From positions 1,364,001 through 1,428,000 of the forward strand of contig JAYWIR010000032.1 of NCBI GenBank assembly GCA_036172245.1: a stretch of 64,000 bases of DNA. Direction: 5' to 3'. The notes under the pieces were generated by a model. That model saw only the letters and a list, made by a program, of their open reading frames with translations. It did no database searches and had not been told where the DNA came from. This stretch comes from Raillietiella orientalis. Lineage: Eukaryota. Below, in pieces: positions 1 through 13,100 of this stretch. How positions within the stretch are numbered: the first letter of the stretch is position 1; the number at the start of each line of letters is the position of its first letter. Made by a program: the position numbers and the translations under genes.

Positions 1-869
1 AAGGGGAGGAACGTTCCTGTTGGGTCTCTTTTTCACCGGGCCCAGCTGGGATCCGCTTCCATCACATTTTCTCCGCTCCTTCCGGAGGCTGCGACTAGTC
101 TGATCCATGCGCCTGCTTTTACCGCTCCGTCTCAGAGCACATGCGGATACTTCGTTTCCCTACTGCTTGAAATTCTAATGGTTTCCAGATCCATCCCTCG
201 ATTGACTTGTCACCAAATAAGAGTGATTACGGGTTCATCATTCCTCTTGTCTCCCATAATCTTCCAATTGCATAGTTACAACGGCAGTTTCTGCTTATCT
301 TTCGATCGCTAGATGTTCTACGTCATTTTTTTCTCCGTTTCTCAAGAGAGTTTCCGTCGATACCAACGAACACTGCGTCTCGCCTCCCTTGAAGAGGACA
401 TGCAGCCGCGAAGAAGGCTCTCCGATGACCGGATAACTGAAGCAGTGAACCCTGCGTAGCTGGTTGATGTGACCTCACGAGATGACAAAGCAACAACCTA
501 CATTCTGTGACATCGGGTGCCCGCGGACCGCTGCAGTTTTCCAAAAGAGAGAAATGCTCCAGAACGCTTGCGCCCGCCTGATAGATTCCTGACGCCGTCT
601 CTTGGATACAGTCTCCGAGCATGCCTTGGGTCAAAGCCTGTGACCGACCTTCTCTTTAACACGTCCGTCCCAACAGCGTCTTTCTGGCATCACGTCAACC
701 CTGCGCGATCCGCTCGCCTTCCGCAGCAGCCTCCGTGTCGGAGTGGGAACGCCGCTCGATAAGAATTGGTGAGCTCTCTTCCCCGGCTGGTGTTGAGGCA
801 TCTTTTTACACGGAGCACAGTCCACGGCAATGACGCGTGCAGCGCATGTTCACAAGCAAGGTTCATTTT

Positions 870-1191
870 TTCTTCTTCTTCTTCTTCTTCTTCTTCTTCT
901 TTTCTTCCCCTCCCCCCCCCCTCCCCCTCTTTCCGAAAAAAGCTGTGCGTGCCGTTGTCGTGGTATCCAGAGCCGCGAAGCTCGGCGCCTATTGACAGAC
1001 GGGAAGGCCAAGTACGAAAACAAAACAAAAAACAAAAAGAAGCAAAAACAAAGCCTTCTGATTGCACAACTTAAGCATGGATTGCATGGCTGTACACTCG
1101 CACGCGTTGTTGCGGCGGCGGAAGGGGAGGAATTCTGTTGCCATCAGTGTAATCAGGAGTCGTTTCATCAATTCGTTGGGTGCATCGTCCA

Positions 1192-1224
<33 letters not shown>

Positions 1225-1306
1225 CGTCCCCCCCTTCTATCTTTCGTTTTCTCTCCCTTCCTCGAAAAGAAAAGAATGAAAAAAAAAAAAAAAAAAAAAA
1301 AAAAAA
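870..1306. repeat. Microsatellite cluster: (TTC)n 870-901, (TC)n 1194-1222, poly-A 1279-1306
   Basis: Simple repeats read directly from the sequence. Confidence 0.9.
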
Positions 1307-1642
1307 CGTGTCTTCTTACTGGAGTCTTCATGGGCGCGTATCGGTTCGACCGCCGCTTCCACGCAGCTCGTCGGTGCGCGCGGCGGGCGCGCGCGCAAAC
1401 GAATTCGGATGGGGGGGGGGTCTTCCTGCCTGCCGTCCTGGGGCGACAGAGCTAGCAATCGAGAGCTGCCAGCGGCCCTGGCGAGGTGGTGCTTAAGCGC
1501 GCGCGCGCGCGAGCCAAGAAGGGTAGCGGCGGGGACCCTTGGAGGAGGAGGAGGAGACCCCGCGTTTCCCTTTGCCGATCCGCGAGCGACCACCGGTCGC
1601 CTGCGCACACGAAACGGAGTGAGAATGGGAAAAGCTACATAC

Positions 1643-2291
1643 TTCTTCAGCTTCAGTTAAATTGCTTAGGTCCAACCCCTTTATGTCTCGGAGTACGTTC
1701 TGGTAGACGCCGTGGCAAGCTTTCTGGCACCTCCCGATGTCGAGCAGCTGGTCCTCTAGAAAAGGGGAAGAAGAAGAAGGAGGAGGAGGAGGAGGAGAAG
1801 GAGGAGAAGGAGGAGGAAAAAACAAAAACAAAAACACCCCATGGTGGCGGGTCTGCGAGCGGGAAGCGCCAGGACCACGGTCAACTTCCCGCTGCTGAAC
1901 GCGTCGACGCGCGTCTTCCGCTTCGCACGCGCGTGCGCAAAGCTCCAACAATACAGCGCCATGCACCCGACAATGCGCGCATACCTATTTCTTGCAATCC
2001 GAAGGAAACGTAATTTTCCACCCGGCGGCAGCAGCGACCAGCAGCGACCGCCGGCTCGAGCTGCTGCTGCTGCTCCGGTGAGGGAGGAGTGAGCGTCTCC
2101 TCGGCGACGGAAACCGCCGTGTCGTAAAAAGGAAGGCCCGTGGTCGTGAGTTCGGAAGGGACGCGCTCCTCTTCAGGACCGGGGGAGGCGGAGGGGGAGG
2201 CGCTGGACGGGGACGAGGAAGGGGGGGAGGAGCGACCGCTGTCCGCTGACGCCACACAGAAGGGAAGCAGGATTACCACGACAACGTGCAT
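1643..2291 (-). CDS. Pinhead-like secreted cystine-knot protein, paralogue B (5' part only: exons 1-2)
   Basis: Exon 1 2291-1985 (ATG; hydrophobic MHVVVVILLPFCVASA signal peptide; S/P/T/E-rich linker; RCCRRVENYVSFG; donor gtatgc, phase 1). Exon 2 1755-1643 (acceptor ttttctag; EDQLLDIGRCQKACHG...EAEE; donor gtatgt, phase 0). Motifs and intron phases match exons 1-2 of the gene at 7174-14958 (PCCSSVENPVSF / DEFSVDIGRCRTVCH). No further knot exons were found in 1-1642. Confidence 0.75.
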
Positions 2292-2380
2292 CTCCACTGG
2301 GAGGCGCGCAGCACTGCGAACCACAAGGAGGTTTCAGGACGTGCAACCTGGTCCTTTCCATCCGACGTGATCTTGTCCGC

Positions 2381-2407
2381 TTATAAGGGGATGCCGCGGT
2401 GACGTCA
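2381..2407 (-). promoter_or_regulatory. Candidate core promoter of pinhead-like paralogue B: TATA-like box plus palindromic CRE
   Basis: TTATAA at 2381-2386, about 90 nt upstream of the ATG at 2291 and isolated in GC-rich sequence. A perfect TGACGTCA lies at 2400-2407, just upstream on the minus strand. Confidence 0.4.
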
Positions 2408-5400
2408 GCGTGAAAAACTTGAGCTGCGATCCCATCGCATCGAACGGCACTGATTGCGATCGAGCCAATTTCGAGCTCATCGATCAGAACTCGGAAGGAG
2501 AGCCTGGGATTTACCTGGCGACCCGCTCGCGTGGGCGCGCTCGCGGGAAGCGCGGAATGAACGCGCATCGCCTCCTCCGATCCCCAGACCGCATCGCAGA
2601 AGCCGCCACCTCCGAAGGACACCTTCCCGGTGCGCGCGCGGGCTGCCGCCGCTGCTTCCGCCGTCGCCGCCGCCGACCACGACGACGGCGACAACCATCT
2701 TCGCGGCGGCTGAGTCCACTCGCGCGGCCTCGTCGGGGGCGCGCGCGCGCGAGCGAGCGAGCGAGGAATCCGCGCGCACGTTCGGGCTCACTGTTTCTGG
2801 GCCGAAAGAGTGCCTACCTGTCCGCGAGAAAGAGGAGGGTAGGGAAGCGAAGCCGGGGAGGAAGAAGGAGTATCCCACTTTTCTCCCGTTCCTCCGCTCC
2901 GCGCAACCTCGACAAATCGGACATGGGAGTTCGTCGCGAGGGCCTTCCTCGCTGCGGTTGCTGGGGAGATGCGTTCCGGCCGTTTGGGCGGAGGGGCTCT
3001 CCCTGAATGTCGTCACCGATCGGGAGACGGTCGTCGTCCGGCCGTCTCCCGACTCAGCCCACCAGCGCCCCCGCCTTTTTCCGGGCAGAAGGGGGGAGGG
3101 GGGAGGAAAAAAACGCTTCCAAAAAGAGGAGTCGAAACGGAGGGACGAAGGGGGCAAGGGAGTGGTGGACGTGCGAACGTTCCAGGAGGGAAAGACATGG
3201 CCGTGTGCAAAGGCGGCGACGATGACGCCACCGTGCCCTCTCGTTCTCTCCTGCCTTTTCGCGGACCTCTCCCCGGCGGCAAGCGACGTCTTGAGGACAA
3301 GGGTTTTCGCGCCGAAGAGCTCGGGACGACCTGCTTTCTACGTCACATTCCTAGGGTCTGCGCGAGCGAGAGACGGGCGAAAGGAGAAGAGGAAGAGGAG
3401 AAGCAGCAGAAAGAGGAAGCTTGCCGGCACTTTCGCCGCGATCGAGCGCGACGGCGACGCTTCCGACATCGCCAGGACATAAATCTCGCCGACGTTCGCT
3501 GGAGCGTGGTGATGTGTTCCTGCAGCCGATCTGATTCATTCTTTGGCCTTGCATAGCGCACACGCATGCGAGAGCCTCATCTTGGCTGCCTTCCAGCAGG
3601 AAGAGCCGGGCGGTTGGACGGACACGCCATCAGACCGACCGTTGTTTATGCGACTTTGATTTTTATCTTCCGGCACGCAGGCAGGCACACGGGCGCGCGA
3701 TGCACGCGCACACACGTGTGCGCGCCCTTTCGCGTGCCTGCTCCCCCTCTTGCCCCATAGCCGACCCCGGTAGAATCCGCCCTCCCCTTCTTCATTTACG
3801 ATTGGCTTTACTGCCGACATCCTCCTCAAAGCAAGAAGAAATGAGGATGGACGGAGGCTCGCTCGCAAACCCGAGCGACAGTAAATCTTTCTCCTGGCAT
3901 GGATATCTTCGTTTATCTTCCGAGAGAACCTGATCGGCAATCCACACCGTTCTGCAGAGGCGTTTTTTCTTTCCTTTTTTTCTTGTTTTCTTTTCTAGTT
4001 TTTTTTTTTTTTTCCTTCCTGACGGCTTTTTCATTGAGAGAAAAAAGGAAATGCCTGCCGGACAGTCTCCAGATCCATTCCAGGGATTCCCCTTTTGCCT
4101 GCCGCTTCCCGGGGAGCGAGCCGGCGAACGCCACCCCGACGGGAAACCGCCTCTCCCGTTCCCGCTTCTCGCTGATGGTGGGAGAGCATCAAGAGGAGAC
4201 TTGGTATCCCTCGCGCGCCCGAGGGCGTGTCCGGAGAACGAGCCCCCCCCGCTCATGCGGCGCGCTACCGCGCCCTCCTTCCTCCCGATGGACGCTCTCT
4301 TCCTGAAGAAAGCCAGGACGAGAACCAAGTCCGAGATGGGCGGGTGCTTTGCCGGTGATTCGTCGCGTGACAGTCGGTGGCTCAACCTTGTCAACTGGAG
4401 GTTACAACTTGAAGAAAAAGGACTTCATTAGCATCCGTCGAAACGGGTATTTCTCCCGCTCGCCGACTCCCCCACCTCTCTCTCTTTTCCTTTTACCTTC
4501 TGCACGCTTTCCGGTCACTGCCCGAGGGTCAGATAAATTAATGCGACGCTGCTGCTGCTATCAGAGCTCAAGGTTTTTTTTAGCTCCGGCCTAACTCGGA
4601 CGGGGGGAGGAAGAATCTACGGTTATCTCATCGATTTCACACTCAATTCATTCATCGCGTCCTCGCTCGCCTCATTCAGGCTCAGGAATCTCGAGACGCC
4701 AACATCCGACGCAGTTAACTAGCCGCCGTGCAAGAGGGTGCAGCGCGCGCCACAAATGTCGCCGCACCAGCGCAGCGGTCAGGCCACGGGGGGCGCGCCC
4801 GCGTCTGTCCCCGTCTCAGGGACGGATTTTTGGCGCGGCACCGTCTCTCTGACAACCCTTCCCTTCGTGACCACCGGACCCCTTCGTCCTGGAATCCGAG
4901 CCCGCGCGGAATCCATCTTCGCGTGCGGTACGTGCGCGACCTCCGCGCGATGGCGCCACCCTTCCGGCTCCCCGAGCAGTTCGTCGCAGCAGAGGCCGCG
5001 CTCCTCCTCCTCTGGGAGGTGCGAGGAAAGGCGCGAACCGCCTCGCTGCCTTGGGGCTGCCGCCGTCCACCCGTCCTCTCGCGGTCGGCCTTCCCGTCCG
5101 CTACGGAACTTCCTCGTGAACGCCCCACCTCGGCAGGCGATCGATGCGCCGCCGTCCTTCCTAGTGCGGATCGCAGCGGCAAGGAAAGTAGGGAGAGGAA
5201 GAGGAGGAGGAGAAAGACGGTGGTGGTGCTCTTCTTGTTCCGGATCCATGCGGCGACCGAGATCGCCGACGGGGGAGCTGTCTCAGCAGCGTCCGCTTAC
5301 TGCTGCTCTCCACCCAGGAGAAAGTCCTTCCGGCGGAGAGCACGAAGGCGCGAGAAAAGACTGAGGAAGGGCACCCGGAGTGCCGAGGTGGGACGACGTG

Positions 5401-7173
5401 GCACCCACAGCTTCCTCCCATTCCTCTGGACCAGACCCGGAACGGGGCAGAAGCTCCGCCGAGATCTGCTAGCCCCTGATGCTGCAGCCTGGTCGCGTGG
5501 CTCGCATAGGTCCGCGCAGAAACACGGCTTACCGGGTAGGCCGCACCAACTCCTCCTTCCCCGTCCGATGAGCTGCCCCCGCTTGCGTCCCCCGGAGCTC
5601 CCGGCTAGCCGGAGGGGAGCAGTTCCGTCCTTCCACGGGGAGAGCGTTCCGCGGGAAAGGGTGCTATGCCCGTCGAGTCCTCTTGCCCTTCCTGGCACTC
5701 CCCGAAAGAAGTCTTCCCGGCACCTCTTGTCCTGAGGCGCGCCGGCGGTCCCGAAGATAAAACCGTGGCAAGCGACGAGAGCGGCTGGGAGCCGGGCCGA
5801 GCGCACCAGCAGCGATGCGTCTCTCCCCCTCCAGGGAGCAGCGCGGCGGGCTCTCGTGTGCCCTGAGGCCGTGGCCCCCGCAGGCGGAGGCTTGGCGAAG
5901 GCAGCGAGATTGTCCTTCGGGAAGGGGAGAAGGAGGGAGGGTGCCCATCCGTCCGCGATCCTCAACCGTTCCCTTCGGCTCTCTTTCTCCCCCCCCCTCC
6001 CTCCCCCCGCCCACATTGCGCCGTTCCTTTCTCGTCGCGTGTCGGAACGCCGTGCGCGGTCGAAGTTCTGCCAGAGCGCAGCTCGCTCTCGCGGCTCGTA
6101 AATGCTGCTGCCGCCCACCACCACCACCACCACCACCACCTCCTTATTCGCTCTCCAGTTTGAACCGCGTGCCTCCTCCGAGCTCAGCCATTTCAGGGAG
6201 TGCAGGTGGCGTCTTAGGCGGGAGAAGTTGCGTAGACAAAACCCACCCGCGGACGTACGTACCCCACACCCGGATGGGGCTGGGAACGAGGAGGGGGGGG
6301 GGGAAATGGAGAGACCCTGCCCCTGCCTCCGATCAGGGAGTCACAAACTCTCCAGGACATGCGCTTCCGTATCGGGGCGGCGGCCAAAAGCGGAGCAAGG
6401 GAGCGGGCGTGAACCTTTCGGGAAGCTGCACTACCCACGCGTGAATCCTGCTCCGAGCTGACACCGCCATTTCCGCCGGGAACGGGGGGGGGGGGTGCTA
6501 GCGCGCGGATGGGTTGTCCTCCGCCAACTTCCGCTGCTATGGAGCTCTCTCAAGTGACGGATCTGCTCCCAATCCCTGAGGAAGCCGGCGCCAGCGCGGC
6601 CAGGATGGGAATGCGGGAGGTTAGGAGCGAGGAGGAACCGAAGAAAAGGGGGAGACAGTGAGGGAGTAGCCCTCTGCCGGGAACCGGAGCGACATCCGGC
6701 GTGCGGCGCGCTCCCGGGGCAGAGGCGCCTCCCGAACCGCGCCAGGGGGTCCAGGCACGAAGGGCAACGACCCTCGAAGGACACCCAGGTTCCGGGAAGG
6801 CCGCCCTTCAATCCTCTGCCGCAGAGTTCCTCCTTCGGTCCCGGCGGAGTAGCGGGTGATAGCGGACGCGAGCGAACGGGCACGACGATGATGGAGAGGG
6901 GGACGCCGCCGCGCGGCAGCGCCCCGCAGGCGGCGGCGGCGGCGGCGAAAGCGGAGACGCCCAGGGGAGGTGAGGAAGAGGTCGGACCGTTCCCTTCGCC
7001 AGGAGAAGGGTGAGCTCCCGAGACTTGGCGGGCTCCTTCCAATCCTCTCTTCCCTTCCCGCTCCCCCGCCGCTTTCGTCCGCGCACTCTTTCCAGCAGGG
7101 CGTCCGCGCCCTTCCTGGGCAACGGCTTTATTCCAAGGGATGATGTGGTGGACGCCTCCCGGCAGGGTCTTCG

Positions 7174-10100
7174 TCAGAGGCATTCGCAGGCGTCGACCGC
7201 CAGGACGTGAACCCAGACGCCATTGCCGTTGGTGTGGTACTGCCGCGTGAACCCCTTGGGGCTGCAGCTGGTCGTCCTCTTCAGGGACATCAGGCATTCC
7301 TCCGGGTTCTTGGGGTTCCTGAGGGGAAGGGAAGAGCGAAGATCTCTCTCCTCCTCCTTCCCCTCCCTCACTGCCAGGGAACGGATGGACGGACAACGCC
7401 CGCGGCGCGGACACATCCGTCCCGGCTTCCCTTCTTACCTGAGCACGCAATGGTGGGCCTCCTTCTTTGCGCAGGACCCCACGCACTCTCCGATGTTCAC
7501 TTCCTAGAACGAGAAGAAGGATGGAAAAGGGTCATTTGGGGAAGGGAGGGGAGGGGAGGGGAAGCGGGCCGGGAGGCCGGTGCGAGCGTGTTGTGCCATT
7601 GGGTAAGCATTGAGGGCGCACAAGCGCGCTCGGTACACAACGCCCCCCCCAGCCCTGTTTTCCCTCACTCTCTGAGCGCGTTCACGTAAGCATCACCTAC
7701 CCGTTCCCATAAGTTGAAAAAACAAGGGTAATCTGGGAAGGGGGTGGCCGACCCGTCCAAGTCCGGAGGCGGCCATATGCATTTCTGAAGGACTGAGAAA
7801 TACGAATGGCCAAGCGTAGGAAGGAAGGGGGGAGAGGGGGGACAACGGTTGTCAGATCTTTTGACTTTTCTCGATGTGTGAGGAGCAATCTCTGCTTCCT
7901 TCGTCGCTTTTCAAAACTCGACTGGCGCAGGCGTTTTCCTCCTCGTTGTTTTCCATCCCTTGCTGTCCCTGTTTTCTTTGCATTTTTCTTTCTTTCTTTC
8001 TTTCTTTTTTTTTTCTTGCGCCTCGTTTTTCACTCTCTCGTGTTCTTGTTTTCGAGATTCCATTCACATACTCGCGTGTGTCACCACCAAATATTCGCTG
8101 ACACACTGACACACACGCAAACACTACTCGCAGACACGACACCGAAAAACGCTTTGCACGCGCCCCATTTGGTTTTCCTTTCTTCGTTGCACTCTCTCTT
8201 TTTCCTTTGGCCCATGTCCACTGGTCGTTGGAAACGTGGCGGGGCCGACCGGCGCTTCTGGAAGCCTTTCCTTCCAGCCGGAAAACGAAATGAAGGAATT
8301 TGCGCTGGGACTACAGCCCAGGTGACCTCCAAGACGGCTGACCATAGAAGGTGGCAGAAGGAAACTTCTTGTCGATCCACCCTTTGTGCTCCGCGCTCTT
8401 GCTGGGCATCTCGGTAGTCGATGCTGCTTGCATGGGATGAAGGTAGTCGCAGTTTGCCACGATATGTGCCACAAGGAAAAAAAAAAAAAAATTAGGAACG
8501 CGTCCACATTTGGTCATTTTTACGTTGCAGTTGTGCTGCATGGATGAAAACGCGTCGAGAGAGAGCACCGCAGCCTGCAGCCTCATTTCCTTCGTCTGAG
8601 GTCTTCACTGCGTGTATTTTTGCAACGAGGCGCTTTCGAGCGTTGGCGCCCATCGTGTCGATAACGATGTTTGCACGTTTCTTTGCTCTTCTTTCCTTTT
8701 TCTTTTTCACGAACACTTGCAAATAAAATATTCAAGCTTTCACCGGAGGCTCGGGTTAAATGGTCGTGAGGGGGAACAAGATCGGCAGCAGACATTCACA
8801 TACATTCGCAACAGGCGAAGCGAGTAGTAATTAAAGTAGTGCTGATGTTTTTTCTAACGTCGCACATCGAGGGAAGAAAATTCATCTGCACAAAAGTTGT
8901 CGACATTCTCGTTTGCAAAGAAAGAAAAGCAACAGTGATGGATGTGAAATATCCTGTCCTCTGCTTATTTTCTTTTTGTCCTCTGATTGCATTTGAATGA
9001 AAGATTGCTTCTGATATCAAATTTAACATCATTCATACTGACCGCTGTTAGTATGAATGACTTCGCCTGTGCGATATTTCATCTGCATTGCCAGAACCAA
9101 CACTCCATGCCTTTTGCTTGTGGACCAACGCCATCCCATTCTAAGAACGAATTCGTTTCGCTTGTCTTGGGTCTATTGGCGCCGATTCTATCATTATTCA
9201 ATGCTGAAGTGGTAAATAGACAAATCTAAATGGAAGAGAAAGGCTCCATCGGATTTTTTAAAAGATTCCGCAAAAAGGAAGAAAAAAAAAAAACATTCAG
9301 AGATGAAACACACACACACACACACAGATATGGACTTCTAAAGAGGAATCGGAGTAGTGACGTCACCTTCCAAGAAGAACTTCATGGATAGCTGCGGCTG
9401 TAGAACATTCGGAACTTTCCGCAACTTTGTATTTTAGGGAGAAACTGAGATTACTCTATCTGGGACTACAGGGTCTGTAGCTTCTAATGGGACAACCTGC
9501 GAAACAGCAGGAAGTTTGCACACCAATGCAAGAGCCATTAGATCATCTCGCAGGTACGGATGTGCGGCTCATTATAGAGAAGAGTCCTCCCTGGAGTGGC
9601 AGCACCCGTTTCGCTCAAGGAGCACCATCCCTCGAAAGTCGAAGATCCAGGATTCGATCATGTTCCTTTTTTGTGTGTTTTTGTCTTTAAATGGAAAGAA
9701 ATCGATCCAAATCAGCTCTGGATGTGGAAGAGCGGAATGCATTTGGCATTCCTGGAAGTGCGCAAATCACAAGAGGATCGAGTGGGTTCTCCAGGAGTCC
9801 TTGCTGACTGACGGACCAAGATGATTGTGCCTGCTGAATTCGGTGCTAGTCGTTGCTTGAACTCCCCCCCCCCCCTCCCTTTAACCCCCTCCCTCACCCT
9901 CAAAAAAAAAGATCCTGTTTCACGAACGGGATGCTGTTTGCCGAAAATTTCGTGATTCCATCGTTTTGCTAGCGGAACATGACTTGTGGAGTTGCCAGGG
10001 AAACACGTAAGGTCAGAGCCCCCCTTTGTCCCGTGTGAAAACACAGCGCGGAAACGTCCCCGACAGTCACCCGGCAAGCTCATTCCAGGTCCGCGGAAGG

Positions 10101-13100
10101 GAACACTTCGTAGGCGAAGAGGATAAAACAAAAAAAAAAAGGAACGCCCCCCACCACTCGGTCTCTTCCTCTTCCCTTTGCGACATCTTCCAGGGGAGAC
10201 TCCAGCTAGCTTTATCTGCACCCGGATTCGTTAGATGGTCGTCTCTGAGTCTGCAAGGAACGGAGGAAGGAGGGTTTGAACCGAGAACACGCATGCCCAC
10301 GTCCAACGCACGCCGTCTGGATTCGAATTTCCGCGACCGGTCGCTCACTGGGATTTCCTACCGGGAAAACCCGAGCTTGCCAGGGAAGATCTGTTCCTTC
10401 TCGCCGGGAGTGAATTCCCTGCGAGCAAGCGAAAAGACGACGGCGTGCGTGCAGCCGACTTTTTATCTTGAGGAATCGCGAGCACCCGAAGAAGCGATAT
10501 GATTTGTCGTGACTTACTATCAGCTTTGTGATGTTCTTCCCATCTTCGGAAGTTTGGTGATCATAAACGTAATCGTATTTGTCCATCCGGTAACACTTGC
10601 CCAGGCATCCGCACGAACTGGTAACATTGATTCCATAAGATCCTTGGCATTGATGCAAACCAATAAATCCACATAACAGCGGTTTATGAAAGCAGCAGTT
10701 CAGAGCAGGAAAAGTAATCGAAAAGAGAAAACCAAAAAAAAAGAGAGAGAGGGAGGGAGGGAGGAAAGGCAAGAGGAGGAGAAGAAAAGAGAAACCAGGC
10801 GAGAAAGTCGATAGGATTTGTTACCATTTGGGCCATCTATGTGGAGCGTAGTGTTTCTCGTGGAGTGGCATTCCAGATCTGAAAAAAGTGCATTCGTCCA
10901 GTTCGATGGCGGGCGGGAAGCAGAGAGCTCACTGCAGGGAGCACAGGAAGGGAAAAGTCGCTGGAGATCGTAGAGAAGAGAGCAACGAGGTTGAGAGAAG
11001 GCCTGGAGGAAAGAGCAGCGACCCCGTTGACTTTCGTACCAGTGGTCGCGTACTTCTGACAATCTCGTGAGAAACGCTCTGTGCGCGAGGAATCCCAGCC
11101 AACCACCAAACAAACAAACTCCACCCCTTCCCTCCTCTTCCCCTTCCCCCGGTCTTGAAGAGGTCAAGTACTCCGATTCGTCTGAACGGGCCTGGCCTGT
11201 CCCAACACCCCGAAGTCCCTGTGTCCTGATCCCCATGCTCCGCGAATCGAACTTTTCGAGTTCCTCCCGAAAGGAGAAGGGGAGGGAGGGAAGGAAAGAG
11301 GGGCCTATCTTCTCCGGAAGCCGAAGGTTCTCGAATGACCCCCGACTCCCGGCTCTGGCGGTCGATGAAATCTCTCGAACTGACAGGGAACCCCTTCGAG
11401 GGCGTCCCTTTTCCCCCCGTGATGACGAAAGCGCCCTCTCGAGGGTGCACGCGAATCAGTGGATCCTCCGTTGGGAAGACGATGGGCGGAGGCACCACGA
11501 GTATTTTCTTTGATGTCCTGCATCCCCCTCTTCCTCCTCCTCCTCCTCCTTAAGATCCTTCCCCAAGACTCTCTCATCTCCACCGACGTTTGCCTCCCAG
11601 CGCTTCTTTTCACCGCTTGAAAAGCATGCGCTCACTGCTCCCACCACCTAAAGCACTCGCGGCACCCGTCTAGAGGATAAGATCGAATCAGCTCTATTTT
11701 TTTCCCCACTCTCTCTCTCTATTCCTCTCTCTCATCACTCTCTCTCTCTCTCTGCGCAAAAAAGAAAAAAACTGATACCGGCGAACGCGGCACCTTAAAA
11801 GAAAGCTCCCGATAAAGATATCATGTTTGATGCTGCTGCGCTACTCGATGGGAAGCTGCGCTCCTAGCCGAACCCCATTCTGATCCGTGTCTCTGAGCTG
11901 TGTCGTCTCCCCTCCGTCACACGCACCCTCAAGGTGCTTCTGTTGTTTTTCATCCACGATTATCTCCGAAAGCGAATCTGCATCCGAAGAGAGAGGGAAA
12001 GGGGGGGGGAAGAGGAGGAGAGAAGCTGCCGCGAGCGATCTCGCTCATCTCTCTCGGAACCGCGCGCGCGCACCCTCCCCCCCGAAACCCGTCTTCTCGA
12101 AAAACGCTTCCGAAAAACTCGTTTGTCCTGCAGTCGCCCAGCGCTGAGAGGTTTCATCTCCCCCCTCCCCCACCCCCTTCGGGTCGGCCTCCCCGCGCGG
12201 TCGGGGACGAACTCCTCCGTTGCCGCGGGGATTCTCGAAGTGCAACAGCAACCAATCGTCCCCTCGTGGGCCGGATAGGCAGAGCTCTGCGCTGGTTTCC
12301 TCCGGAAGCTTCGTGCTTCCAGAGGAACGCCCAGCCCGCTGAGATCCGTAGGTCACGCGGCAACATGGGATGTGAGGAAGAGCTGGTTGAGCTTCCACCT
12401 CTGCTCGGAACCCATCCCGCGCGTCCCTGCGCCCTGAAAGGATCCCAAAGAACATGGCAGGACTCCGCCTCTGTATCCTTGCTGAGCTACACGAAAGCAT
12501 CTCTGCCCGGATCCCTTTCTTCTTGCTTTTTCCCCTTCTTTCCTCTCTCTTCCCTGCTGCCACCACGGAAGAGCTCTGCTTCGCTGCGGAGGAGGAGGAA
12601 CCTCCGTTCCTGGAATTTCCGTGGAACGAGACTCCCGTCTCCGAGTGAAGGCAATGGCCCCAGGTTCGGTCTCGAGTCACTCTTACGAAAGTCCTAGAGT
12701 TTCCTGGGCGATCCTGCCGGAGGCGATGCGCACTCTCACGAGCGGAGAGACTTCGAAAGTGAGAGTTCCTCCTTTCTTCCTTTTTCCTCTTCCTCCGACG
12801 ACGGTACGCCGCCGCCTGGAACGACGAGCGTGTCAGCCCTCTCATGTTGGCTGCGTGACGGTCGCGATCGGCTACCAGCCCAACAGCATTCCTTGGGAGA
12901 GCCAGAACAGTAGCCGGCCACTGTAGCTGGGCGACAGAGCGCGAACGGTGGCCTCCGCGACAGGCTTCCTTCCTCCTCCTCCTCCCTCCCTCCGAACGAT
13001 TTGTTCCAGCCGCGAAGGCAAGCATTAGGTGCGTTCCCCGGTTCGAATTCCGAGTTTATGAATCACCGTCGGTGTCATCGCAGCGGATCTCCTCAGAGCA

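Noticed and set aside
2400..7100. Long overlapping ORFs (e.g. 2454-3482, 4728-5735, 6431-7486)
   Set aside because: R/G/P/A/S-rich, open in several frames at once and without domains; expected in GC-rich sequence with few stops.
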